From positions 37,944,001 to 38,008,000 of the forward strand of contig OZ024747.1 of assembly GCA_964016885.1 (NCBI GenBank): 64,000 bases of DNA, read 5' to 3'. Under the pieces are notes generated by a model. It had not been told where the DNA came from, did not search any database, and saw nothing but the letters and a program-made list of their open reading frames with translations. The DNA is from Eledone cirrhosa. Its lineage: Eukaryota. How positions within the stretch are numbered: position 1 is the stretch's first letter; every line of letters begins with the position of its first letter. A program made the translations under genes and the position numbers. This document shows, piece after piece, positions 27,293-42,377 of this stretch.

Positions 27293-27619
27293 GCAGAGGG
27301 AAACACACAGTGAAATGAAAGGTAACAGCCAAACATCGAAAGATAGAAGGAGAAAGAGAAGTAGATGGATGAGTTCTATACATAACAAAGAGTAACACAA
27401 TTTCTGTTTTAAATGTTAGAAAACATAAAACTGAGATGAGAATTATTGGATTTTCTTCATTTTTTGTGTGTTTTGCCCAGTAATTCGGATTCCAAAGATA
27501 AGAATTTAACTAATGGTATTAGTCTTGTTTTGAAAAGTGACTTCAGAATAAAGAGTAAGACAGATACAAAATGACGGAGAAAGTGGGCGTTAAAAAGAGA
27601 ACAAGTACGAGAGAGGGAG

Positions 27620-27700
<81 letters not shown>

Positions 27701-28023
27701 AGGTAGATTGATAGAGAAAGAGAAAAAGACAGAGAAAGGGAGTGATATAGTTGGGAGCAAATGATACATATTGCAGAAGTGAAAGTGAAAAACAAAAATG
27801 GAAATTTACAATGGAAGACATAGAAATGCTCTCAGATTGAGATGTTGATGAAAAGCTGATATGAAGGAAAATTTACTAAGCTGTGTTTTATTCTATTTAT
27901 AAATATTTTTGAACATTAATTTTAGGCTTTTCTGTCACCGCATCCTCAATATTCTTTAGAAATATTATACACACACGCACGCACACGTACACACACACAC
28001 GCACATCTATATAAACACACACA

Positions 28024-28077
<54 letters not shown>

Positions 28078-28080
<3 letters not shown>

Positions 28081-28218
28081 CGAAGGAAATGTGGTAAGGA
28101 ACCAGGTGGACCATAACGCACCAAAGTACTCAATACTTGAGGTAGTAGAGTGGGTAATAGGAACCAGTAAGACCCCGACAGCTGAGCTCAAGCCGTTTCG
28201 ACGGCTAATTCAGAATTA
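28078..28218 (-). repeat. HHR-bearing repeat family G, truncated in stem II
   Basis: Matches 29080-29272, 41695-41900 and 44445-44590; carries GAAACGGC-TTGAGCTCA-GCTGTC-GGGGT. Confidence 0.8.
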
Positions 28219-28249
<31 letters not shown>

Positions 28250-28252
<3 letters not shown>

Positions 28253-28460
28253 ATGATATTAATAAATGGAAACTATATTTATAAAACCATATTTATTCTA
28301 TTTTATATATTGCAAGTGTACCAAAACTTCATCAGATAAAATACAAAATTTGTTTTATAGTGACATACCCAGGAATCAGACCTTAACAGTTCAGGTACCG
28401 TTGTAATAGAATAAATATGGTTTTATAAATATAGTTTCCATTTATTAATATCATTGATGT
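28250..28460. repeat. Inverted repeat (~52-bp arms) with a degenerate HHR on the minus strand (28301-28341)
   Basis: ATCAATGATATTAATAAATGG.. and its reverse complement; UUUUAU CUGAUGA AGU..ACU U GCAA UAUA UAAAA. Confidence 0.55.
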
Positions 28461-28542
28461 TATACTCCAGAAAACCTATCGAGTGCTTCGAATCGGTTAT
28501 AAATATATTTGTGGACTTACCAATAAATTAAATATCTCTTTG

Positions 28543-28620
<78 letters not shown>

Positions 28621-28729
28621 TATATATATATTTAAAGGTTAAACAAGGTTCAATGAATAAATCAAAGAATAAAGTTTTACAATAGATTAGAAGTACTCCA
28701 CAGCATTTGGTTTTCCGGAGTTATTATTA

Positions 28730-29058
28730 ATAATTCAAAATATCAACAAAAATAGACATTCGTGTGATCAAGTATATTTTATTATATATATTTCAGAGGT
28801 ACTGAACTATCTTCAACAGTACGTCCTCATCAGATGAAATAAGATGATGCATGACATACCGTGACTAAGTAGATGGTTAAAATTCAGTCATGCCATGACT
28901 GAATTTTAACCATCTACTTAGTCAGGGTATGTCATGCATCATCTTATTTCATCTGATGAGGACGTACTGTTGAAGATAGTTCAGTACCTCTGAAATATAT
29001 ATAATAAAATATACTTGATCACACGAATGTCTATTTTTGTTAATATTTTGAATTAATA
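28730..29058. repeat. Near-perfect palindrome (pivot ~28892) with two divergent HHR motifs
   Basis: Arms are reverse complements; plus-strand HHR 28944-29007 reads CUGAUGA GGACGUACUG..CAGUACCUCU GAAAUAUA. A family copy lies at 58935-59120. Confidence 0.85.
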
Positions 29059-29079
29059 TATATATATACATATACATAT

Positions 29080-29272
29080 ATAACAAAGGAATTGTGGTAA
29101 GGAACCAGATGGACCATAACGCACCAGAGTACTCAATACTTAGGTTAGTAGAGTGAGAAATAGGAAAAAGTATGACCCCTACGGCCGAGCTCAAGCCGTT
29201 TCGACGGCTATTCTGAGTCCAGAAATAGCCGTCGAAACGGCTTGAGCTCGGCCGTCGGGGTCATACTTTTTG
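29080..29272. repeat. Family G pseudo-LTR fold-back
   Basis: Inverted arms pivot at GACGGCTATTCTG..CAGAAATAGCCGTC. Confidence 0.8.
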
Positions 29273-29344
29273 CTATATACATATATATATATATACGGTG
29301 ATTAATTTGTTTTGCAAGGCTTTTGATATGAAATCGTGTGTTGA

Positions 29345-29862
29345 AACAAATAGGATTGCAATGATGAAGGAGATGAGCTACAGGGTGAGGCTAAAAGAAT
29401 TGAAACTCTACTCCTTGGAACGAAGACGGGAGAGATACGCAATGATATACATATAGAAAATACTGGACGGATTAGCACCAAACTTTGGCATTGAGATCTT
29501 AACCAATCCCCGAACAGGACGTGATTGTGTGATGCCAAAGTTGCCGCCTTTCACATGTAGAATAAGGAGCAGATATTGCAATAGCCTGGGATTCAAAATA
29601 CCTCAACTCTTCAACAAGATATTTGAGTGATCTGCATGGTGAGGACGTGGATGTTCTCAAGAAGAATTCTTGACACTCTGCTATCCAGGATCCCGGATGA
29701 GCCTTCAGCATGGTACGAAGGTAACCTAAAGGCAGCAGCAACGAATTCCCTCTTACACCAATAGTCAGCCAACGCTGTCTGGAGATAGAATTGTAGCAAC
29801 AAGGGGTGTGCCCCAGCATGGCCTAAGCCAGATGGCTGGAAGAGGTAAAACAGTAAAAGAGT
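29345..29862 (+). mobile_element. CR1-like LINE 3' fragment with 3' tail
   Basis: RLKELKLYSLERRRERYAMIYI..GLAPN..RTGR.C..LFN..LDTLLSRIPDEP; tail GGTGTGCCCCAGCATGGCC..GTAAAACAGTAAAAGA. Confidence 0.75.
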
Positions 29863-29863
29863 A

Positions 29864-30860
<997 letters not shown>

Positions 30861-30872
30861 TTCTATTCTATA

Positions 30873-31172
30873 CTAAGGCGGGTAAAATTCCAGAGATCCA
30901 TGGATGAGTTCTCTCCAGCGGTCTCTGTCCCTCATTATCGCTGCCATGTCCTGCGTCTCCAACAGACCAGTGTCTGTCCTTAGGGCATCAACATACGTTA
31001 ACCTTGGTCTTCCTCTTCTAGTGTATCCATGTAGGGGCTCCCAAAGGAGCACTGAGTGCAATGTCAACACTGGATGTCGGTGAGCATGTCCAGCTAACCT
31101 CAGTCTCCTCTGTGTCACTTTTGAGCTGACTTTTGGGATGCTCCCATACAGCTCTGAGTTTTTCATCCTCAT
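30873..31172 (-). mobile_element. 5'-truncated 3' end of the same RTE family as 13099-16464
   Basis: [44 protein letters not shown], nearly identical to 16165-16464. Confidence 0.9.
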
Positions 31173-31534
31173 TGTATGTATATATGTGTATATATATATA
31201 TATATATATGTGTGTGTATGTGTATGTGCGTATATGTATATATATGTATGTATATGTGTATATATATATGTGTTTGTATGTATATGTATGTATATATATG
31301 TATATATGTATATGTATGTATATGTGTATGTGTATATATATATATATATATGTCCATATGTATGTATATATGTGTATATGTGTGTATATATGTATGTATA
31401 TTTATATGTATGTATATGTGTATGTGTGTGTATATATATATATATATATGTACATATGTATATATGTGTATATATATATGTATATATATGTGTATGTGTG
31501 TATTTGTATATATATATGTGTGTATGTATGTATG

Positions 31535-31565
<31 letters not shown>

Positions 31566-31606
31566 TGACAGTTGAAAATTGCAAACTCGATTGTCACCAC
31601 ATATTA

Positions 31607-31645
31607 TGAACCTGAAGATTGCGAAAGCCTGAAAGTACTTGTTCA
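31607..31645 (+). ncRNA. Minimal type I hammerhead ribozyme
   Basis: UGAAC CUGAAGA U UGC-GAAA-GCC U GAAA GUAC UU GUUCA; stem I UGAAC/GUUCA; palindromic stem III AAGUACUU. Confidence 0.75.
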
Positions 31646-32342
31646 ATTAACACTTAGAATTTAATATTCTATCATACTATTTCATTATAATACCATTATC
31701 TTTTTTAAAGGATTGTAAATAAAACGAGTAAATCAGACAAAGTTGGAATTCCTCTTATTAATATAATCTTCTATACACAATCATACACACCCGTGTATAT
31801 TTACCTATCTATATCTATATATATATATATATATATATACAAATATGTGTGTGTGTATATATATATATATATATACATATGTATATATATATATATGCGT
31901 GTCTGTGTGTGTTTGTGAATGTGTCTGTTGACACCTGGAATATAGCAAAGAGAAATTTGAAGATAATGATATGAAAGGCACCCAATATTTTGAACTGGTC
32001 TATAGAATTCTTTTCGGCCTTTGTCACTCTAAGTAGAACTTTAAAGAATTTCCCTTTTCTTTAAATCCTTCAACCATGACTGACCCCAAATGATCTTATA
32101 GACACCTGAAATATAGGCATTGTTAGCTTAAGAGAAACTTAAAAATAAGGAGTGCACCCCTTCTGAACTTGTTTATAGAATTCTTTCTGCGTTTGTCAAT
32201 CTAAATATAAATCATATCTTTAAAGAATTAGCTTTTAATGAATTCCCTTTTCTATCAACCAATGACCTCCACCCATCCCACTCCCCACCCTCTCCTACCA
32301 CCTGAAAAGACCTATATATACCACTTTTATTTTTGGATATCC

Positions 32343-32393
32343 AGATTCCTGATGATTTCTAAAGAATGAAACAGTTCTAGTCCTGTAGAATCT
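32343..32393 (+). ncRNA. Type I hammerhead in a pseudo-LTR, with CCAAT and TATA upstream and ATTAAA downstream
   Basis: AGAUUC CUGAUGA U UUC-UAAA-GAA U GAAACAG..CUGUA GAAUCU; a decayed paralogue lies at 47171-47220 in the same context. Confidence 0.75.
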
Positions 32394-32509
32394 CATCTAT
32401 ATTAAAACTTTCATACTCTGCTATGTATTGAGTACCTTACTTACTGTGGTTACCTCCAATTCAACCCGGAATAACGTATATATATATATATATAATATAT
32501 ATATATATT

Positions 32510-32806
32510 AGAAAGTGAGGTTTTTTTTACAAAATGAAAAATAACCGAGGTGTGCTACACGAGTGAAAGTATAAAGAAAAAGAGATGAAATCGAAAATGC
32601 AACTGGAGTCTTATTTTTTAAAAAAATATATATATTTATTTGGTTCCTTTACCGGTTTCGCAGTTCTGCTGCTTTTCAAAAAGTGAGTTGAGATGGAGGG
32701 TCTGTGGTTTTTCTCACATGTGAGAAACCGGTAAAGGAACCAAATAAATATACATATTTAAAAAAAAAATAAGACTCCAGTTGCATTTTCGATTTCTTCT
32801 CTTTTT

Positions 32807-32810
<4 letters not shown>
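32510..32810. repeat. Fold-back pseudo-LTR with a minimal HHR (minus strand 32646-32683)
   Basis: Inverted arms around ~32717; GCAG..CUGC GAAACCGGUA AAGG with palindromic ACCGGU; core decayed to UUGAAAA. Confidence 0.7.
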
Positions 32811-32879
<69 letters not shown>

Positions 32880-32913
32880 TATATATTTTGTATATATATA
32901 TATATACACATAT

Positions 32914-32973
<60 letters not shown>

Positions 32974-32974
<1 letters not shown>

Positions 32975-33386
32975 TTGGGGAGGGTCATATTGTTGTAATA
33001 ATATTGCCGGAAATAATAACAGAACACACTCACTGTTTGGTTGGTTTTCGCTTCTGTAGCTTTTATATCTCTACAGTTATTTCATTCCGTCCATTGGCTG
33101 ACCAAAATAAAATTGGCGTAGATATACAATACAACAGGAGGATCATAATAGTACCACTGATGATGCTGCAGATGTGCAACGAAAGAACTTCGTTAGACTA
33201 TATATATGTGTTTATATCTATATTATATATGTATTTTTGACCGTTGGTCAGTCAATGGTAAACATTGAGGACCGAATGAATTACCTGTAGAGATATAAAA
33301 ATACAGAAGCGAAAACCAACCAAACAGTGAGTGTGTTCTATTATTATTTCTGGAAATATTATTACAACAATATGACCCTCCCCAAG
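32974..33386. repeat. Inverted pseudo-LTR-like repeat with a partial HHR (33158-33184); family copies at 42050-42340 and 63383-63540
   Basis: Arms 32974-33102 and 33247-33386; CUGAUGA U GCUGCA-GAUG-UGCAAC GAAA (CUGACGA U GUUGCA..UGCAAC at 42102). Confidence 0.7.
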
Positions 33387-33467
33387 TTTAAAAATATTTG
33401 TTTCGACACACGATTTCATATAAAAAAACCTCGCAAAACAAATATATATATACATATATATATATAT

Positions 33468-34154
33468 ATTCAACAGGCACACATTTTCAACAAGCACACT
33501 ATTAAATTGTTCTACTCCTCAACTAGAAACCTAGCGTAAAATATAGTTTGCCTTAAACCGCAGTAGATTAAAAAACGCCCGCAACTCCAGGGGTAACAGC
33601 AACTGTGAGGAGACGCACCACATAAATACCTCTTCCTCTGTTGGTAACATCTTAAACCGTGAAAGACCACGGAATCATACAATGCAATCCGGAGATCCGG
33701 GCGGCAACACCTTTTCGGACTGTAATTGTAGAAACCCCAGTAACTGTCCCTGGAGGGTAGGTGCCTCGGGAGTCGCTTAGTATATGAATGTAGGGTGAAT
33801 ACCAACAACCAAACCTTCAACTATATCGGAGTCACAGCTAATAAATTTAAGGAACGCTGGTACAATCAGTGCCACACCTTTAGGAGGGCTGATAAACAAC
33901 ACAGCACCGCCCTCTCAGAACTGGTGTGGCGTCTCAAACATGATAAAGTAGAATTCACCTTGTCGTGGCCCAAGGTAGCCTCGGCCCAACCCTACAAGGT
34001 GGGTGGAAATGACTCGTGCGATTTGTGCGTCATCGAAATTATGGAATTAATCGAGAGGGGAGCTCGAGTTATCAATAAAAGGAGTAACCTCTTCAGCACC
34101 TGCCTCCACAGATCATCTGCAACCTTCCTCAAACTGTACGGACTAACAACATAG
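33468..34154 (+). pseudogene. Naiad-type PLE GIY-YIG 3' fragment
   Basis: IFNKHTIKLFYSST, CNCRNPSNCP..C, LVYEC..YIGVT..FKERW, STALS..VW, CDLC..E, VINKRS..CLHR. Confidence 0.88.
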
Positions 34155-35449
34155 TTCTACTAGTTGAAGACTATTGCACACTTGACCGTGGAAGCCGGGC
34201 GTGGCCACGCAACAACCCCAGCGTCAGGCGAACCTTGGATATCTTGTTTGCACACCTGGAGTCGCTGTGTGTAAATGTTTCGTGTCCTTTGTTCCTTATT
34301 TCTCTGTTTATATACCTACTGTTGTTTTTTTATGTATTTTTGTCCCGATCTTTTATTATTGTGTTCTCTATATGTGCTCTCGATTTCTTATCTGCTTGTT
34401 CCTGTCCCTACTTTCGCCCCCGTAACTCTCTTCCATAGCCTAACAGCCCTTTTAATAGTATTGTTCCCACTGTAGTTAAGACTGAATGCTATAATTATTG
34501 CTAGACTTGTGCCTTAGAATGATAGAGAGGACTGTATTAACTGCGCATGTATTTGTTTATATATATAAATACCCATCTATGTTTCTATCCCATTGTTTCT
34601 ATCCCTTGTTTCAACGAGTTAGTTTATTTTTCATTGAATCGTGGACTTATCCTTTTTCCTGTTGCCGCCGTCGCCGTGGTGGGGTCATCACTGGTGTTGT
34701 TGTTGTTGTTGTTGTTGTTGTTGGTGTTACCAATGGCTTAATACTAATATAAATGATACCACCACTACTACGACGAACGGGGTGGTTGATGGGCGGTGTA
34801 CCCACCTACCTCTGAACTCCTTTTTATGGCTTTCGCGTTATCGCTGTTTATTGTCCACAGGGTGGGACCGTCACTGCCACGGCTGCGACCTGTATACATG
34901 ACGCTGGTCTGTGTTTTTGCTGTTGTTGTCGTTGTTGCTGTTGTTGTCGTTGTAGGTGTTTACTGTAGATGTTACTTTAGTTGCTGCTGTCAATAGGGTG
35001 GTGGTATCACCACGACTATTGCGACCAGGACACCATTGGTCGGCGGTTTGATGTTATTGTCGTTAATGTTGTTGTTGTTGTTGTTGTTTCTATAGTTGGT
35101 TGTCAACAAAATATATAACCCACCCTCTCCCAGAGCTCCATTTATTGCTTCCACTGTCTACTGGGTTTTGGATGCACACAGTTCTTCGTGCTTTTCGTGA
35201 TTTTTCGTTGATAGCTTTTTCTAACAAACGCGACGGCTGGCAAACCCTTCAATGAACTCATGTATGCTGGAGCATAGGCATTAGGACGTGTGTTTCCTGC
35301 CAGCGGCATATCAAATATATCGATTTTCATCTGAGGATACCGTTCTCATAATCAACAGCAAATGCATGAAGGACATCTCGATTGCATGGAGAACCGTGGA
35401 AATAATTATTATGATTAAACGTTATATGTAACCCCAGCCTCTTATTCTG

Positions 35450-35484
<35 letters not shown>

Positions 35485-35963
35485 TGTTGTTGTCTGTGGG
35501 TGTCCCCTCATTTTTGCAAAGTCTATACAAATCCACATTTCTACTCCGATTGACTTCAAACTTGCATTTATATATTCCTTGCGGTCTAAAGATAGTAACT
35601 GCAGCTTCTATTTTTCAATTTTCTCTTGTTAAAGCGGTATTAGGCGCCGGTTATCGATCTCCGTCGAGCCCTTATAATATCTGTCTGTATGTCTGCCTGT
35701 CTTCATAACAATATTCTGACGAACACGTCATTGCTGACGTATTATCTTCGCTACATTCTCTCACACACACACAGAGACACACACACACGCACACATATAT
35801 ATATACATATATACTTATATATACATATATAATATATATACACATATATATACACACATATATGCACATATACATACATATATATATATATTATATATAC
35901 ACACATATATATATATATATGCATACATACACATATACATATATATATATATATATATGTATC

Positions 35964-36047
<84 letters not shown>

Positions 36048-36240
36048 TATAGAAATGGTCGTTTTGGAAGCCTCAACAATGCAGATGGGTAAATCTCCGA
36101 GTAACAGAATCTGGTGTTGAAGAGAGAGATGCAAGTGGAAATGTAGAATGAGATGTATAGTGTGTAGAGGAACGTAGGAAAGAGCATAAAAATAAAAATA
36201 ATAACACGAGATAGAGTTACCTTGGCGGAGATTTAATTTT

Positions 36241-36275
36241 CCCTATATTTCGGATTTCGCATCCATCAACTGGGG
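36241..36275 (-). ncRNA. Degenerate minimal hammerhead-like motif
   Basis: CCC CAGUUGA U GGAU-GCGAA-AUCC GAAAUAUA GGG. Confidence 0.4.
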
Positions 36276-36640
36276 TGTTTTTCGAGGGGGGAATTTATCT
36301 GTCGGAGAGGAACGGTATGTGGCCTCTGCTGTCCGCCGTTTGTGTGTAACTGAGATATTTTGAAGAGCGCGAGTGCGCGCGGAATAGGTGCGGTCAAGCA
36401 AAGGTCGAGGCAGCTCCTCTTTATTGTGGGAGTGGGATGGTGCTAGCTGTCAATCCATTTTACTACCTATATTCAGTCTTTGTTACTGGCTGTGTAGTAG
36501 TCTGCCTGGTCGATTGTAGGTCGGTGGATTTTGGGAGTTCTATACACACAATATATAGCGCCCCAACCAGTTCCTGATTATTACTGGAATTCTATAAGAA
36601 TCCAGCATCTATAATTTTCAACAGGCATCGGCGAGTGCTA

Positions 36641-36682
36641 AGATCTGATGATTACCAACAGTATGAAACAGATCTCTCAGCT
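36641..36682 (+). ncRNA. Hammerhead-like motif
   Basis: CUGAUGA U UAC-CAACA-GUA U GAAAC AGAUCU CUC; palindromic loop 3; stem I weak. Confidence 0.55.
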
Positions 36683-36794
36683 CATCTCCCTTTGTTCGTT
36701 GAAAAAGGAAGTAAGTGACATAGTCACTACTTTAAAATAATAGCGCAAGGTCTTCAAAATATTTTTAATTAAGCATACAGTATATTGCCAAATA

Positions 36795-36827
<33 letters not shown>

Positions 36828-36859
36828 AACACATATACACACATAGATATATATACATA

Positions 36860-37712
36860 TGCATATCATATATTGAGTTATAAACTCTAAATAGTCTTTT
36901 ACAATTAAATAGCTCAAAGAAGGGAATATTTCCGAGCCGTGTAATACAAATGAATATATGAGGGATGAACACCGATACAAGTATACATGTGTGCGAATTG
37001 CAAATGACCAAGTTAGCCTTGTTGAAAAATACTATTTTAAAATAATATGGTTTGCCTGTCTCGAATAAATCAATAAAAATAACAAACCTATATTGGCAAT
37101 GGCCATGATACCCTGACAGATTCTAAATCTGTTTCGCAACATTTATTAAGTGTGCTCTTCTGCGGGCATCCATGAAATTCATACTTTTCACTTTAAAATA
37201 CTTAAGAAGTCCGAAAAATATGTGTTGTTGAACGCACATGTCACAGCGCCTAACGGAAATACTCCCTTCTTTGAGCTATTTAATTGTAAAAGACTATTTC
37301 GAGTTTATAACTCAATATATGATATTCTCGGCTCCATACGCAGAGCTAATTTTATTCCAATAAAACCGGCTGCTATTTTTAGCGGCACGAGTATGAGACG
37401 AGTTAGGCGCTGTGACATGTGCGTTCACCAACACATATTTCTCAGTCTTCTTAAGTATTTTGAAGTGAAAGGTACGAATTTCCTGGATACCCGCAGAAGA
37501 GCAAAGGGATAGTGACTTTCACTTAATAAATGTTGCGAAACAGATTTAGAATATGTCCGTGGTATCACGGCCTTTGCCAATATAGGTTTGTTATTTTTAT
37601 TGATTTATTACTCTAAATCGAGACAGGCAAAACATATTATTTTAAATCAGTATTTTTCAACCTAGCTAACTTGGTCATTTGCAATTCGAACACATGTATA
37701 CTTGTATCGTAC
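36860..37712. repeat. Head-to-head pair of ~500-bp HHR units (HHR minus 37107-37170, plus 37486-37566)
   Basis: GAUACCC G CAGAAGA GCA..UGC GAAAC AGAUU-UAG-AAUCU GUC AGGGUAUC (composite of both arms); homologous to 22950-23460. Confidence 0.8.
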
Positions 37713-37727
37713 ATATACAAATATATG

Positions 37728-37844
<117 letters not shown>

Positions 37845-37898
37845 TATATATATACGTATATATATAGAAGTGGTTACACAACAGTTAGTTGACCATAC

Positions 37899-37936
37899 CG
37901 ATAACAATTGTTTCACCTTAGCGGATCCTCAGCTCG
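37899..37936 (-). ncRNA. Minimal type I hammerhead
   Basis: CGAG CUGAGGA UCC-GCUAA-GGU GAAAC AAUU GUU AUCG; same family as 47797-48012. Confidence 0.7.
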
Positions 37937-37988
37937 TCCCATGTACTGAGTGCTCTACCACTTCTGATATTACCTTCCAGTGTTCTAC

Positions 37989-38047
<59 letters not shown>

Positions 38048-38729
38048 TACATACACACATGTATATATATATATATATATGCATACATACACACAAATAT
38101 ATACAGATACATTGTAGGTCGCTTTAACCCGTCTTATTATTCAAAAAACTTCTTACCAATAAACATTAACCCTGTAGACCAACAAATACCAAGTAAACGG
38201 AGCGTTTACAAGAACGATGGCGAATGAATCGTCGAGGTAAGCAGTTTCCTCCCGAGCTGTTAGTTCACGTGGGATTCTCTGCTACACCTTTTCGTAATAA
38301 TACCGAACAACGTACTGCTGGTCACTCCTTCCTCCAAAAGTCGTACAAAGCGGACATGTGCATCGGGTAGATGGATCGGGTGCAAATCTACACCATGGAT
38401 AGAGAGAAAGAGTAACTTAGTGGAAAGAGTGCGAATGAGCTTTTGAGGTAAGTAGCCTACGCCTTACTGCTATTGCACTGGAATCTTCTGCCAGCTTAAC
38501 TTGTGACTTTCTCTTTCACATTTACTCCAATAGGCCAAAACAGAGGAGTATGAAAAGAAGAGGCTCAACAATATTTCTATGAACAATCCATGTAGATAGC
38601 TAAACTGTACTTTCAACTTCTTAATTTTCTCCAAATAAAACAAGTTTCCTGTCGGTATATTTTCGTGAGTTTTTAACAGGCACTCAGAAATAAACGTTTC
38701 TCACGGGAGGTCCTATTACCAATGTTCTT

Positions 38730-38901
<172 letters not shown>

Positions 38902-38984
38902 GTCTGATGGTAGCTAAGATGCTTCCATAGGCGGTATGCCGGTTGAGCACTTTATGCTCTTACAGAGCAGAGTATGATATAATA

Positions 38985-39312
38985 GAAAACAAAAATCAGT
39001 GATGCATCTGAACTCAATTTATTGTGTGTTACAATTGTTTCGCCAGCGGACAGCTCGAGACGTGATCATTGTGTGGATCTGTTTGATTCTGGACCCGGAG
39101 GTTCGACGGACACGTCTAATGATTTCGGAGCATATTATCTCACTCTCATATTCTCTGAGAGATTATGCTCCGAAATCATTAGACGTGTCCGTCGAACGTG
39201 CGGGTCCAGAATCAGACAGATCCACACATTGATCACGTCTCGAGTTGTCCGCCGGCGAAACAATTGTAACACACAATAAATTGAGTTTAGATGTATCACT
39301 GATTTTTTGTTT

Positions 39313-39315
<3 letters not shown>
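38985..39315. repeat. ~160-bp-arm palindrome (pivot ~39150) with outward-facing HHR 3' halves
   Basis: Arms are reverse complements; GGCGAAACAATTGTAACAC followed by AATAAA. Confidence 0.8.
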
Positions 39316-39361
<46 letters not shown>

Positions 39362-39365
<4 letters not shown>

Positions 39366-39889
39366 CAGGAAAGAAGATTGACATGGTTTGTTATACAAAA
39401 AATGTTTTTAATCTCATTGCTGACAATTGTTTCTCTGAACTGGTAGGTCTAGAGATCGCTATTCGCTTGTTTTCACGTTACTCGATCGCCAATACAAAAT
39501 TATAACCAGTCAGTTCTTCGGAGCATGCGAGAATGAAGAGAATATACAGGCATGAAAGGAATATACAGGCTACTATATGAAGTAGTAATGGCATTCAGTT
39601 AGAACAATAACAACAATTACAACAATGCTATTAATAAATTATTTGAGGAGACCCTGACATTACATTAGGTGGGGGGTATAGTGTATCTAAGATTTGGGCG
39701 TGTAAAACTAGCTGACATGAAGCATAAGTATAAGTTTGGCATGTACGGAGTGTCGTAGGGTGTATTGTATCAATTTTAAAGATAAGCCGGTGTTTACAGT
39801 CTTTCTTTTCATCTTCAATAACATACATGAATGGGACAACACTGTCAAAGCTAAATAGTGGGCGAGTTAATACAGAGGTTAAGGAGGTA

Positions 39890-39960
<71 letters not shown>

Positions 39961-41236
39961 CACACACATATATATATATACACACGCATGTGTACATAGA
40001 CACATACATACACATCAATATACACTCGTACAAAAATATACATACATGCAAAGAGATAAGCGTGCTGATTGTAATTATGGCAAAAGGAAGGTAAAGTTAC
40101 ATTGTAGTAGTGATTTGAGAAATACTTGGATTTAGGATCAAGTGATGGCAGCAGCTGAGAAGGAATAAGTTTATGGGTTGATGAGGTACTTACAGACATT
40201 TGTGTGGTATAGACCTGTGAAGGCTAGAGTGTACTTAATGAGTATATTTCTGTGGTGATTTATGCAGGGTAGTGGGTATCCTAGTTTAAAGCTATGTTGT
40301 GTTGGTTCGATTCACGGAGGTTTGAATCTTATGAATTTAGTGGCAATTCTATGTCTGCAGAAGATAGATCTTTCTAACTTATTGTTAAGTAGCCTTTTTA
40401 CATTTTTGAGGATATACAGTAGTTCTAGATCACATAGCCCGCAGTGGGACATACCTGTACTATAGGTTTTAGCAGCCGACAACTTCGATCAGTTAATACT
40501 GTAGTTAGTGCTGCTGTCCTTCAGTTCCCATATTTTTTTGGCGAGGGTTGTGGAACCCATAAGTGCACGGTTTTTCATTGAGTGCCTGTGCACATACCAT
40601 CTTTTTTTAAAAGTAAGTGTATGTGTATGTATGTGTCTATGTACACATGCGTGTGTATATATATATATATATGTGTGTGTGTATATGTGTGTGTATATAT
40701 ATATATATAATACCTCCTTAACCTCTGTATTAACTCGCCCATTATTTAGCTTTGACAGTGTTGTCCCATTCATGTATGTTATTGAAGATGAAAAGAAAGA
40801 CTGTAAACACCGGCTTATCTTTAAAATTGATACAATACACCCTACGACACTCCGTACATGCCAAACTTATACTTATGCTTCATGTCAGCTAGTTTTACAC
40901 GCCGAAATCTTAGATACACTATACCCCCCACCTAATGTAATGTCAGGGTCTCCTCAAATAATTTATTAATAGCATTGTTGTAATTGTTGTTATTGTTCTA
41001 ACTGAATACCATTACTACTTCATATAGTAGCCTGTATATTCTTTTCATGCCTGTATATTCTCTTCATTCTCGCATGCTCCGAAGAACTGACTGGTTATAA
41101 TTTTGTATTGGCGATCGAGTAACGTGAAAACAAGCGAATAGCAATCTCTAGACCTACCAGTTCAGAGAAACAATTGTCAGCAATGAGATTAAAAACATTT
41201 TTTGTATAGCAAACCATGTCAATCTTCTTTCCTGAT
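39362..41236 (-). mobile_element. 5'-truncated Naiad-type PLE with inverted pseudo-LTRs (39362-~40020 and ~40615-41236)
   Basis: GIY-YIG tail at 40313-40610 (KKRWYVHR..TTLAKKIW..HCGLCDLE..LLNN..ER..CRHR) between ~620-bp inverted arms. Confidence 0.85.
41075..41182 (+). ncRNA. Hammerhead with extended stem II (mirror copy at ~39417-39526, minus)
   Basis: UGCU CCGAAGA A CUGACUGGU..~60 nt..ACCAGUUCAG A GAAAC AAUU GUC AGCA. Confidence 0.6.
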
Positions 41237-41407
41237 TTATTATTACTCCAAGTGTTTACAACATAGGAATTACAGCATACTCGCAAGATCACTATGAAAA
41301 CGCCTTGTTGAGTCTAACCAAGCCAAGCGTTGATATTATCCACTACCCGGAATACCATAACTGGACTACACCTAAGTGGACTGCATAAAACTATTATTTG
41401 TTACCCC

Positions 41408-41493
<86 letters not shown>

Positions 41494-41529
41494 ATATATA
41501 TGCATATAAATATGTCTGTATATATATGC

Positions 41530-41622
<93 letters not shown>

Positions 41623-41660
41623 TAGATATACACATATATATATATGCACACACATATATA

Positions 41661-41694
<34 letters not shown>

Positions 41695-41696
<2 letters not shown>

Positions 41697-41896
41697 ACGA
41701 AGGAAATGTGGTAAGGAACCAGGTGGACCATAACGCACCAAAGTACTCAATACTTGAGGTAGTAGAGTGGGTAATAGGAACCAGTAAGACCCCGACAGCT
41801 GAGCTCAAGCCGTTTCGACGGCTAATTCTGGACTGAATTAGCCGTCGAATTAGCCGTCGAAACGGCTTGAGCTCAGCTGTCGGGGTCTTACTGGTT

Positions 41897-41900
<4 letters not shown>
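41695..41900. repeat. Family G pseudo-LTR fold-back
   Basis: Pivot in stem II with duplicated GAATTAGCCGTC. Confidence 0.8.
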
Positions 41901-41940
<40 letters not shown>

Positions 41941-41948
41941 TTATATAC

Positions 41949-42034
<86 letters not shown>

Positions 42035-42346
42035 TTGCGACTGAACAAAAAAAATGGCGTAGACATACAACACAACAGGAGGAACAATGAATATAACACC
42101 ACTGACGATGTTGCAGATGTGCAACGAAAGATTTATGTAAACTATATATATATGTGTTTGTCTATATTGTATCTGTATTATTTTTGACCGCCGGTCAGTC
42201 AATGGCAACATTGAGGACCGAGTAAGTTAGATCGCAGATATATATATATAAAAGACAGCGAGAAGCGAAAACCAACCAAACAGTGAGTGTGTTCTGTTAT
42301 TAATTCTGGCAATATTACGCAAATATGACCCTCCCCAAATATAACA

Positions 42347-42377
<31 letters not shown>

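Noticed and set aside
35142-35400. Unique-looking 62-aa ORF
   Set aside because: No recognisable motif or convincing splice context.
36872-36897. GAGT-TATAA-ACTC hairpin (GAAATAGTC follows in the 37290 copy) first read as a hammerhead
   Set aside because: No CUGAnGA core; the real HHR of this family is on the opposite strand at 37107-37170.
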